A DNA stretch of 64,000 bases from Microbacteriaceae bacterium (GTDB lineage: Bacteria > Actinomycetota > Actinomycetes > Actinomycetales > Microbacteriaceae). Where the stretch lies: NCBI GenBank assembly GCA_027491295.1, contig JAIXWK010000002.1, positions 58,032 to 122,031 of the forward strand, read 5' to 3'. This document shows, piece after piece, positions 37,967 to 46,799 of this stretch. Position 1 is the first letter of the stretch; each line of letters starts with the position of its first letter. Below the pieces are notes generated by a model that saw nothing but the letters and a program-made list of their open reading frames with translations, was not told the DNA's origin and searched no databases. The translations under genes were made by a program, and so were the position numbers.

Positions 37967-39079
37967 TTACTCAGCGGCTCCGGTCTTCATTGCCTTGCTC
38001 TTTGCCTTGGCAGCCTCTAGGTCGTCGTCACCAGCTTTTGATGCCTTCAAGATGAAGAAGGTGACTACGAACGAAACTGCTGCCGATAGCAAGATTCCCG
38101 CAAAGACACCGAAGTGGTTTCCTGGAGGGGTAACTGCAAGGTAAGCGAAGATGGATCCTGGAGATGGTGTTGCAACTAGTCCAACTCCGGTAGCCAAGAA
38201 GATTGCAACACCAGTAGCACCACCGGCAATAGCGCCAAGGATTACTAGTGGACGTAGCAATACGTATGGGAAGTAGATCTCGTGGATTCCACCTAGGAAG
38301 TGGATGATGATTGCTCCAGGTGCGGAACCACGAAGGATCTTTGGACCGGCTAGCCAGAAGGCAACCAAGATTCCAAGACCAGGACCAGGGTTGGTCTCAA
38401 GCATGAACATGATTGACTTGCCAAGCTCCTCGGCCTGAACAACACCGATTGGTGCAAGTACACCGTGGTTGATTGCGTTATTGAGGAATAGCACCTTTGC
38501 TGGCTCAATCAAAATTGAAGCAAGTGGCAACAATCCAGTGTCAATCAGCGCCTGTACGCCCTTGCCCAACACGTCCGAAAGTGCGTTAACGGTTGGACCA
38601 ATTCCCAAGAATCCAAGGATTGCCATTAGCAAACCTGCGATACCTAGGGAGAAGTTACCGATAAGCATCTCGAATCCTGGAGGGGTTACTGGGTCTAGGA
38701 CTGCGTCGATCTTCTTCAAAGCCCATGCTGCTAGAGGGCCAATAATCATGGCACCTAGGAACATTGGGATTGAAGTTCCCACAATTACACCAACAGTTGC
38801 AACTGCACCGATAACAGCTCCACGCTGTCCGTGTACAAGTCGACCACCGGTGTAACCAATGAGGATTGGCAATAGGTTGACGATCATTGGACCGACCATT
38901 GCAGCTAGCTGCTCGTTAGGTGTCCAACCGGTCGGGATGAAAAGTGCAGTTAGGAGTCCCCAAGCAATGAATGCTCCGATGTTTGGGATTACCATGCCTG
39001 CGAGGTTTCCACCTAGCTTCTGAACCGCTGCACGCCAGCCAGTGTGGCCACCGTCACCCGCGGGGATAAAATTACTCAT
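37967..39079 (-). CDS. mtlA: PTS mannitol EIIC permease
   Basis: Motifs PNIGAFIAWG, EPAKVLFLNNAINHG, ETNPGPGLG and GGIHEIYFPYV. Confidence 0.95.
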   Translation of the reverse strand: MSNFIPAGDGGHTGWRAAVQKLGGNLAGMVIPNIGAFIAWGLLTALFIPTGWTPNEQLAAMVGPMIVNLLPILIGYTGGRLVHGQRGAVIGAVATVGVIVGTSIPMFLGAMIIGPLAAWALKKIDAVLDPVTPPGFEMLIGNFSLGIAGLLMAILGFLGIGPTVNALSDVLGKGVQALIDTGLLPLASILIEPAKVLFLNNAINHGVLAPIGVVQAEELGKSIMFMLETNPGPGLGILVAFWLAGPKILRGSAPGAIIIHFLGGIHEIYFPYVLLRPLVILGAIAGGATGVAIFLATGVGLVATPSPGSIFAYLAVTPPGNHFGVFAGILLSAAVSFVVTFFILKASKAGDDDLEAAKAKSKAMKTGAAE

Positions 39080-39211
39080 GGGTACTACCTTCCTTTAGGG
39101 GGTTTGTGTTCACGGGCGGTGACTGTCGGTTTTGGAGCTATATCTGAGGCCCAAAAAGCTTGAGCACCGTCCCTATCCCTCTGACCCCAGTAAAGGGTCG
39201 TTGGGAATTCT

Positions 39212-39970
39212 TTAAGCGAGCACAACATCTACACCTGCGCTCGAAAACTTATCCAAATACTTCTGTTCGATATCTAAGTTTGTGACCACTCGGTCAAAGT
39301 CTTCAAAGTTTGCAAATTTGGCAGGATAGGGAATCCCGAACTTTCCGCTGTCTGCCAGAAGAATTTTCTCGTGGGACTGCTGCATCATGATCTTCTTTAC
39401 CTGGGACTCGTCCGTGTCGAAGGCTGTTATTCCACCCTCCAAGGATGCGCCATTGGTTCCAATGAAGGCCAAGATGGCGTTGTAGTCAGCGACCTCAGAA
39501 GCGGTCTTAGCCCCAACAGAGCTGTGGGTTGCCGGACGAATGCGACCACCAAGCACAACAGTTTGGGTTGAGCTATCCGCGAGTTTGGATGCGAGATTGA
39601 TGTTGTTGGTAACGACAATTAGCTTTGGCTTATCTCTGAGGTAAGGGGCAAGGCATTCGGTCGTCGAGCCTCCATCGACAAAGATGCATCCTTCTTCCGG
39701 AATGTATGAGGAGGCGAGTTGAGCCACCATTCGTTTTTTGTCAGGGTTGAGGCCAAGTCTTTCGGTCATCGTGTACTCGTGACCGAAGCGATCGTTTGAA
39801 ATCGCTCCGCCGTGCACCCGACGAAGTGCCCCCCGACGCTGAAGCAGATCTAGGTCTCTTCTGACGGTCTCTACCGCGACATCCAGTTTCACAGCGGCGC
39901 GGCCCGCATCAAGCTTTCCCTCGATGCGCGTCCACTCAACTAACTTGAGTCTTCGCTCTTCTGCCAACAT
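39212..39970 (-). CDS. DeoR/GlpR family transcriptional regulator
   Basis: Motifs ETVRRDL.LL...G.LRRVHGGA, DGGSTT, TN and DSGKFG. Confidence 0.9.
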   Translation of the reverse strand: MLAEERRLKLVEWTRIEGKLDAGRAAVKLDVAVETVRRDLDLLQRRGALRRVHGGAISNDRFGHEYTMTERLGLNPDKKRMVAQLASSYIPEEGCIFVDGGSTTECLAPYLRDKPKLIVVTNNINLASKLADSSTQTVVLGGRIRPATHSSVGAKTASEVADYNAILAFIGTNGASLEGGITAFDTDESQVKKIMMQQSHEKILLADSGKFGIPYPAKFANFEDFDRVVTNLDIEQKYLDKFSSAGVDVVLA

Positions 39971-40392
39971 CTTCGTTGATCTCCGTTTTTGCCTGTATGG
40001 CTAATTTTTCACGACAGTAACAGCGAATTCTCAGAAAAGTTAGGTGAAACGGGCAGAAACCCACAAAAAAAGATAACTTTTCTATAACAAGTAGTTCTGT
40101 CCTAGATGACTGCAGCAGGCAGGGGACGTCCTGGTAAATTATTTCCGGCTTGCGGCAAAATGCCTCTGTTTCCTCTCCAAAGCAGACCTTTAGGCAGCAT
40201 GAGGATTTTTTGTCCGCTGATTATCTCGGTTAGGAACACGCCAAGCGGGATGCATGGCGAGCGAAAAAGAACTTTTAGCTAGAGCTTCAATTTTCAAGTA
40301 GCTTTCAGTTGGGCGGTATCTTTAGCCCAAGACGAGGCGTACAAGATGATCGAAGTCGGATTTCGCCTCGGCCGTTTTGAGTTAGGAGACCA

Positions 40393-40605
40393 GTGAATCT
40401 GAATCTAGATAGTTTTTGGTACGGAATTCTTGTGGTGGCCGCCGTGCTTTTTTTCGGCTGGAGAGTTTCCAGAAGCCTCAAAGCGATAAAGGCAGCCAGG
40501 GCTGCAAAAAAGTCTGCTCCGCTTATCGAATGGCTTTACCTAGTTATGGCGCTGTTCCTGGCTTCTTTGTTTGTTTTAAACGCTCTGGGCCTGGTCAACG
40601 GCTAA
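40393..40605 (+). CDS. Small hypothetical protein with two TM segments, upstream of actinorhodopsin
   Basis: 70 aa, two hydrophobic segments separated by a basic loop; SD TAGGAG before the GTG start. Confidence 0.65.
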   Translation: MNLNLDSFWYGILVVAAVLFFGWRVSRSLKAIKAARAAKKSAPLIEWLYLVMALFLASLFVLNALGLVNG

Positions 40606-40779
40606 GAAAATCCGCAACAAGTTACCAAAACGTTACCTTTTTAGCGGTTAAGCAACTCGCATCATGCTGTTAAATCGCTGTGAGTCGAGCAATGTAGCCG
40701 ATTCGCCTGAGCCGATAAAGCTCGACGAGTGGACTTCTGACTTGTACCTAATTAAAAAGTCATCGAAAGGACTTTCGAA

Positions 40780-41553
40780 ATGGAATCATTGATCAGCGAG
40801 GGCGGATACAACATCGTATTCAACATGCTCTCTATGGGTATTGCAGCGATGCTTTTCACCACCATCTTCTTGGTGATGGCAAAGGACCGCGTTCTACCTC
40901 GTTACCGCATGGCAGTAATGGTTTCGGCAACCGTAACCGGTATCGCTGCCTACCACTACTTCAGAATGTTTGACAGCTTCAACCACGCTTTTGGACCAGA
41001 CGCCATCGAAGGCACTGTGTACAACGTGGGCTACCGTTACGTGGACTGGCTACTAACAGTTCCTCTACTTCTAGTTGAGGTTATTGCTGTTCTAGGTCTA
41101 GCCCGCGCACTGCAGAGCTCCCTACTAGTTCGCCTAGTACCAGCTGCTGCACTGATGATCGGTCTTGGTTACCCAGGAGACGCACAGCTAGACATCGCAG
41201 GCATCGCGCCTTCTGTCTGGGGTCTACTATCGACCATCCCATTCCTATACATCTTGTACGTACTATTCGTTGAGCTAGGCAAGTCCCTAGACAAGCAGTC
41301 CGCTGCAGTTCAGCGCAAGATCAAGGAACTACGTTTGCTTCTTCTAGCAACCTGGGGTGTTTACCCAATCGCCTTCATTGCAAACATGAACGCAACTGGT
41401 TTCGACGAGGGTGGATTCGTACTACGCGAGGTTGGCTACTCAGTAGCTGACATCTTGGCTAAGTGTCTATTCGGTCTAGTGATCTTCACCATCGCTCGCA
41501 TCAAGAGCGCTGAGGACGACGCTAGCTTCGCTAAGTCAGAGTTCAAGGACTAA
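40780..41553 (+). CDS. actR: Actinorhodopsin (xanthorhodopsin-family outward proton pump)
   Basis: YRYVDWLLTVPLLLVE (DTE motif), LMIGLGYPG, WGLLSTIPF, WGVYPI and DILAKCLFG (retinal Lys). Strongly biased codon use (cta, gct). Confidence 0.95.
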   Translation: MESLISEGGYNIVFNMLSMGIAAMLFTTIFLVMAKDRVLPRYRMAVMVSATVTGIAAYHYFRMFDSFNHAFGPDAIEGTVYNVGYRYVDWLLTVPLLLVEVIAVLGLARALQSSLLVRLVPAAALMIGLGYPGDAQLDIAGIAPSVWGLLSTIPFLYILYVLFVELGKSLDKQSAAVQRKIKELRLLLLATWGVYPIAFIANMNATGFDEGGFVLREVGYSVADILAKCLFGLVIFTIARIKSAEDDASFAKSEFKD

Positions 41554-41572
41554 TAGAAAGGTTGTGGCTCCA

Positions 41573-41680
41573 GTGAAAAAAATCGATTGGGACGTTGTCC
41601 AAGCCGTTGTGCTAGTGGGAATGCTTCCAGCGATGTTGATCTTCGGAGCTATCTTCCCTTCGCTATTCGCGAACTACTAA
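41573..41680 (+). CDS. 35-aa single-TM microprotein downstream of actR, not in the ORF track
   Basis: GTG 41573 to TAA 41680 gives MKKIDWDVVQAVVLVGMLPAMLIFGAIFPSLFANY. SD AGAAAGG at 41555-41561; the ORF ends just before the terminator. Confidence 0.65.
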   Translation: MKKIDWDVVQAVVLVGMLPAMLIFGAIFPSLFANY

Positions 41681-41690
41681 AGCTAAAAAG

Positions 41691-41720
41691 AAACCCCGGG
41701 TCTTAGGACCCGGGGTTTTT
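41691..41720. terminator. Bidirectional intrinsic terminator ending the actR transcript
   Basis: AAACCCCGGGTC-TTAG-GACCCGGGGTTT, flanked by A and T tracts. Confidence 0.9.
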
Positions 41721-41729
41721 CTTTAACCG

Positions 41730-42194
41730 CTATTTGAACCACTCGGTCGGTGGTCCCAAGAACAACAGGAATGCAAACACCGCCGGAATGGCGATCAGCA
41801 AAACTGCTAGCAGCAGATAGGGACGCGCAATGAACCAGCGAAATAGCCGATCGATGAATCCCTTATCTCTTGGGTCTTGACTCGCAACAGTTCTCCAAGA
41901 ACCCTCAAGGGCCGAGATTGAAACCAACCTGCGCTCAAAAGGAATGGTGGCGAATGGCACAATCGCAAGCGCTACTGCCAGAGCCAACTTGCCAAAGCTC
42001 CAGCGCTGGTTGATGCCAACCAACAAAGCGGTCACGGCATAGCCCAAAAAGACGGCTCCGTGGATGCCTCCGGCAATCGTCACAATCGCAGGGATTGGAT
42101 CTCCCATTGCCCGTATCACCAGTGCGGCAATAAGTAGCGTCCAGGTAATCGCCTCGCCTCTAGCGAAGGTTAGGAAAAGTTGCTTCGGTTTCAC
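41730..42194 (-). CDS. DUF3817-domain membrane protein
   Basis: A..EAITW.LLI, G.IHG..F..Y and A.VPF.T.PFE pattern. Confidence 0.75.
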   Translation of the reverse strand: MKPKQLFLTFARGEAITWTLLIAALVIRAMGDPIPAIVTIAGGIHGAVFLGYAVTALLVGINQRWSFGKLALAVALAIVPFATIPFERRLVSISALEGSWRTVASQDPRDKGFIDRLFRWFIARPYLLLAVLLIAIPAVFAFLLFLGPPTEWFK

Positions 42195-42220
42195 GTAACT
42201 CCTTTGGTTGCCCCAAGAGT

Positions 42221-43627
42221 TTATGCGCGAAGGGCCTTTGCCAGCTCCCTAAAGTGCTCGACCATCTTGTCCATGTCCTTCTGAGTGTGCATGAGAGAAA
42301 CCAACCACTGCTCATCGAGTCCCGGAGGGGTGATGATGCCGCGGTTGATGCCCCAGAGCCAGCTCAGTTCGGCAATTCCAAAGTCAACGTTTTTGAAGTC
42401 GCGATAGTTGCGAACCGGAGTCTTAGACCAGGTGATTGCTCCCTTTAGTCCCAATCCGATGGTGTGAGCTGGAAGCTCATACTCTTCGATAATTGCGTTG
42501 ATCTTGTTCAGGGTATTGACGTTTATCTGCTCGGCTTTTTGCATCGCCTTTGGAGTTACTAGCTCCTCAACCGCCATCACCGCTGCCAGAACCAACGGGT
42601 TACCGTTGTAGGTTCCGTAGTGTGCCATGCGGCCATCGACAACTGCGTCCATGTACTTCTGCTTGCCACCAAAAGCAGCAACTGGAAGCCCGCCGCCGAT
42701 GCTCTTAGCCAGGGTAATCAGGTCAGGCTCAACTCCGGTTCGACCGGCTGCGCCAGCCTCTCCAGCGGTGAGGCCAGTCTTTACCTCATCGAAGATCAAG
42801 CAAATGTCGTACTTATCGCACAGCGCTCTAACTCCATGAAGGTAACCCTCGTCCGGAAGCACGATGGAGATGTTCTCCATTACCGGCTCCAGGCAGAAGG
42901 CTGCAATCTTGTGAGCGTTCTCGCTCATGATCTTCTCGAGGTATTCGAGGTTGTTGTAAGGAACTACAAACACCTCACCTGGCTCTACCTCAGATGGAAC
43001 CTCTGGGATAGGCGCATTGCCATCTCCGATGTTCGCAAGCTTTGGCTTGACCGATACCTGAAGTGGGTCGTAACCACCGTGGTATCCACCCTCAAGTTTG
43101 ATGATTGCATTTTTTCCGGTTGCCGCACGCGCGGTTCGAATCGCATACATCAGCGATTCGGTGCCGGAATTGGTAAAGCGAATCATGTCTAGGTTGAAGC
43201 GCTTTTTGAACAATTCAGCCGCCACGGTAGCGGTTGGCGAAGGGGTTACAAACAAGGTTCCGGTATTCCTAAGAGCACGCTTTACAAAGCGAACCACCTT
43301 TGGATTTAGGTGTCCGACCATCATTGCGCCAAAGCCCATGGATAGATCCAACAGCTTGCGGCCGTCGACGTCCTTGACGTAAGCGCCCTTGGCGCTTGCT
43401 ATGGAAATGGGGTAGGGGTCCCAGTGCTGGAAGCTAGATGTAACTCCCATTGGTAGGGACTTGCTGGCTTGAACGTTCTCTTTGCCAGATAGTTTTGTGG
43501 TTTTTTGGAATAGCTCCCACTCTTTGGTGAGCAGCTGTCTAACTCTGTCTTGATTCAATTCACGAGAGGTATTAGGTACCACTCGGTGTCCAGCAGGGTC
43601 GTGTTTTGGGTTATGCACTTGTGACAC
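42221..43627 (-). CDS. Class III PLP aminotransferase, glutamate-1-semialdehyde aminomutase-like
   Basis: Motifs FTNSGTE, GGYHG, LIFDEVKTG, LAKSIGGG.P and GTYNGNP. Start placed at GTG 43627, after AAAGGAG. Confidence 0.8.
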   Translation of the reverse strand: MSQVHNPKHDPAGHRVVPNTSRELNQDRVRQLLTKEWELFQKTTKLSGKENVQASKSLPMGVTSSFQHWDPYPISIASAKGAYVKDVDGRKLLDLSMGFGAMMVGHLNPKVVRFVKRALRNTGTLFVTPSPTATVAAELFKKRFNLDMIRFTNSGTESLMYAIRTARAATGKNAIIKLEGGYHGGYDPLQVSVKPKLANIGDGNAPIPEVPSEVEPGEVFVVPYNNLEYLEKIMSENAHKIAAFCLEPVMENISIVLPDEGYLHGVRALCDKYDICLIFDEVKTGLTAGEAGAAGRTGVEPDLITLAKSIGGGLPVAAFGGKQKYMDAVVDGRMAHYGTYNGNPLVLAAVMAVEELVTPKAMQKAEQINVNTLNKINAIIEEYELPAHTIGLGLKGAITWSKTPVRNYRDFKNVDFGIAELSWLWGINRGIITPPGLDEQWLVSLMHTQKDMDKMVEHFRELAKALRA

Positions 43628-43797
43628 GAGTATCACTCCTTTGTGTTCACCCACTCTCGCACACTGTTTGAAAAATAGCGAATTGGCGACACGCGAGTTC
43701 GCTAATGGCCAAAGAAAGGCTTTATTTCGGGCTTTTTGAAATGCACTGAGTCAGAAAATGGAGATAACCTGAGACCCTTGAGAAAGAAAGGCGATAG

Positions 43798-45237
43798 GTG
43801 CAACTGTTACTCGCCGATCAACTCGGACCACATTTTGAGCTCGAAGAAAAATTGCTGCTACCGATTGTTGATAGCCAATTTTCTAAGCGCAACTACCATC
43901 GCCAAAAAGCTCACCTGATTCGCTACGCGCAACTCGCAAGAGCTAAAGCATCGAATGTTGAAACTGTTCGTCTGGAAAGTTATCGAGACCTCAAAGACGT
44001 TCCTGGGCTCACCTCGATGGTCAGCGGATCTTCGAGATCCTTTGACGCTCTATCCGATTTGCTAAACCTAACCAAGTTAGAAAACCCAGGCTTTTGCTCA
44101 AACAAAGAGGACTGGAACGCTTACCTTGCTAAAGCCGGCAAGAGACTTCGCTTGGAAGACTTCTATCGCCTGCAGCGCGCTCGACTTGACCTCTTGATGG
44201 ATAACAACGAACCGGTTGGCGGCAAATGGAACTTCGATGAAGAAAACCGACTTCCTCCCCCAAAGCCAGGTCTTGGACTTCCTTCTCCATATCGCCCAAT
44301 TGAGGACGAGCTAGACAATCAGGTCAGAGCCGAGCTGGATGCACTAGAGAAAAGCGGTAAGGCAACATTCATCGGACTAGATGGTCCAAGAATTTTCCCT
44401 GGCGATCGCAACCAGGCCTTGGCTGCGCTAAATGATTTCATCGCAAATCGGCTGGATCTATTTGGCCCATACGAAGATGCGATGGATAACCGAGATTGGA
44501 CCATGGCTCACTCGATGCTCTCGGTCCCGATGAATCTCGGGCTTCTCTCGCCACTTGAAGTGGTCAATGCCGCCGTTGATGCATACAAATCTGGGAGTGC
44601 TCGGCTTGCAAGTGTTGAGGGATTTGTCAGGCAAATTATCGGCTGGAGAGATTACGTTTGGCAGCTTTACTGGCACTTTGATCAGGACTACCAAAACCTC
44701 AACGAACTGGGGGCGACCGCAGAAATCCCTGCCGGATGGCAAGAACTAACCGCCAAGGGTATTGACGCAAACTGTCTTTCCAGCACGTTGAAGGATTTAA
44801 ACGAACGCGCCTGGACCCACCACATCCCAAGGCTTATGGTGCTGGGTAACACCGCCTTACAGCGCGGCTTTGACCCTAAAGCGGTAAACGACTGGTTTAT
44901 TGATTCCTTTGCCGATGGCACCCCTTGGGTGATGCCGGCAAACGTGATTGGAATGTCGCTGTATGCCGATGGCGGCAAGATGTCCACCAAGCCCTACACC
45001 TCCGGCGGTGCATACATCAACAAGATGAGTAACTACTGCGGCTCTTGCAAATTCAAACCAACCATTCGTGTTGGCGAGGACGCCTGTCCATTCACCGCCG
45101 GCTACTGGAACTTCCTATCCAAAAACTCTGAGCGATTGAAATCCAACCACCGCATGTCTCAGCCCATGGCAGGTCTTCGCCGGCTAACGGATTTAGAACA
45201 ATTGCTAAACCAGGAACAAAGCCGGGAATCGCTTTGA
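43798..45237 (+). CDS. FeS-cluster bacterial cryptochrome/(6-4) photolyase (PhrB/CryB-like, DPRP family)
   Basis: Motifs L.LADQL, H.QK, GGKWNFD.ENR, FGPYEDAM and HHIPRLM; four Cys (NCL, YCGSC, ACPF). Confidence 0.9.
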   Translation: MQLLLADQLGPHFELEEKLLLPIVDSQFSKRNYHRQKAHLIRYAQLARAKASNVETVRLESYRDLKDVPGLTSMVSGSSRSFDALSDLLNLTKLENPGFCSNKEDWNAYLAKAGKRLRLEDFYRLQRARLDLLMDNNEPVGGKWNFDEENRLPPPKPGLGLPSPYRPIEDELDNQVRAELDALEKSGKATFIGLDGPRIFPGDRNQALAALNDFIANRLDLFGPYEDAMDNRDWTMAHSMLSVPMNLGLLSPLEVVNAAVDAYKSGSARLASVEGFVRQIIGWRDYVWQLYWHFDQDYQNLNELGATAEIPAGWQELTAKGIDANCLSSTLKDLNERAWTHHIPRLMVLGNTALQRGFDPKAVNDWFIDSFADGTPWVMPANVIGMSLYADGGKMSTKPYTSGGAYINKMSNYCGSCKFKPTIRVGEDACPFTAGYWNFLSKNSERLKSNHRMSQPMAGLRRLTDLEQLLNQEQSRESL

Positions 45238-45259
45238 GAGGCCTTAGGTTTTAGTCACC

Positions 45260-46786
45260 ATGCCAAAAGAAATCACCGCGGGACTTACGATCCTGAAAGA
45301 CAAGAGCGGGAAACCCGCGCTCTGTTTAGTTACCGGAGCCACCGGCTACATCGGTGGTCGCCTAATCGTTCAACTTCTTGAAGCCGGTTATCGAGTGCGA
45401 GTGCTGGCTAGAAATCCACAGCGACTCTCAACCCACACCTGGATCAATCAAGTAGAGCTTGTTGAGGGTGACGCCAATGACCAGGCAGCCCTTGATTCCG
45501 CGCTGTCCGGAGTCTCGGTGGCCTACTACCTACTGCATGCACTTTTGGTAAAGGGTGACTTTGAGCAGCTGGAGCGAGACATGGCGCAAGGCTTTGGTGA
45601 TGCAGCGAAGCGAAACAAGGTAGGCAAAATCATTTACCTCGGTGGCATCATCACCCCTGGTCAAGATGCCTCCCCGCACCTTCAGGCCAGAGTCGACACC
45701 GGTCGAATTCTTGCCGAATCTGGCGTCCCAACTTTTGAGCTTCGAGCCGGCGTAGTAATTGGATCTGGTTCGGCATCTTTTGAAATGCTTCGATATCTAA
45801 CCGAACGCCTACCAATCATGACTACGCCGAAGTGGGTAAAGAACCGCATTCAGCCAATCGCGGTTAGAGATGTTCTTCGCTATTTGGTTGGCACCGCCGG
45901 GCTGACTGCCAAACAAGCTGGGATTTACGAAATCGCAGGGCCCGAGGTTTTCACCTACGCAGAAATGATGCAGGCCTACGCGAAAGTTGCGGGCCTCAGA
46001 AAAAGAATCATCATTCCGCTGCCGGTGCTGACTCCAAAACTCTCAAGCGGTTGGGTTGGTCTGGTTACTCCGGTTCCAATAACCCTGGCAAGGCGCTTGG
46101 TAGACAGCCTCAGGAACGAGGTGGTTGCAACTGACCAGCGAATTCGCAAACTGATTCCCGACCCTGAGGGCGGTCTAACCAACTTTGAAAGAGCGGTTGG
46201 CCTAGCGCTGGTAAAGATCAAAGAGGCCAGAGTGGAAACCCGCTGGTCAGATGCGTCATCCCCTGGCACCCCGTCTGAACCGCTGCCTACCGACCCGGAT
46301 TGGGCAGGTGGTTCGCTCTATAAAGATGTCCGCATCACCCACACCAATGACTCCATCGAAGAGGTCTGGAAGCGAGTCGAGGCAATTGGTGGCGATAACG
46401 GTTACTCGACTGCGAGCTGGGCTTGGGAGCTGCGCGGAATCATGGACCGCCTGGTGGGAGGAGTTGGACTCAGACGAGGCAGACGCGATCCCAACCACCT
46501 AGAGGTTGGCGATGCCCTTGATTTCTGGAGAGTAGAACAAGTAATTCCTCAGCAGCTATTGCGACTGCGGGCCGAGATGAAACTCCCCGGTCGGGCATGG
46601 TTGGAATTTGACCTGGAAGTTGATCCCGAAACTAAGGGAACGATCTTGACCCAGGTAGCCATCTATGCTCCAAAGGGCCTATTTGGTCAGATCTACTGGT
46701 GGGCAGTTTGGCCAATGCACGGGTTGGTTTTCCCATCGATGGCACGCTCACTAGCAAGGTCCAATAAAGTGACCAAAGGCTCCTAA
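45260..46786 (+). CDS. Atypical SDR/NAD(P)-binding protein with a C-terminal DUF2867-like domain
   Basis: Motifs VTGATGYIGG, GSGSASFEM, GD.LDFWRV, LRAEMKLPGRAWL and GL.G..YW. Confidence 0.85.
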   Translation: MPKEITAGLTILKDKSGKPALCLVTGATGYIGGRLIVQLLEAGYRVRVLARNPQRLSTHTWINQVELVEGDANDQAALDSALSGVSVAYYLLHALLVKGDFEQLERDMAQGFGDAAKRNKVGKIIYLGGIITPGQDASPHLQARVDTGRILAESGVPTFELRAGVVIGSGSASFEMLRYLTERLPIMTTPKWVKNRIQPIAVRDVLRYLVGTAGLTAKQAGIYEIAGPEVFTYAEMMQAYAKVAGLRKRIIIPLPVLTPKLSSGWVGLVTPVPITLARRLVDSLRNEVVATDQRIRKLIPDPEGGLTNFERAVGLALVKIKEARVETRWSDASSPGTPSEPLPTDPDWAGGSLYKDVRITHTNDSIEEVWKRVEAIGGDNGYSTASWAWELRGIMDRLVGGVGLRRGRRDPNHLEVGDALDFWRVEQVIPQQLLRLRAEMKLPGRAWLEFDLEVDPETKGTILTQVAIYAPKGLFGQIYWWAVWPMHGLVFPSMARSLARSNKVTKGS

Positions 46787-46799
46787 ATAAGTTAGTTGG

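Noticed and set aside
39971-40392. Known riboswitch or ncRNA in the 420-bp intergenic region
   Set aside because: Only generic hairpins; I recognise no family consensus. An Rfam/Infernal scan would settle it.
40780-41553. ActR as a Na+ or Cl- pump
   Set aside because: The helix C motif is DTE, not NDQ or NTQ.
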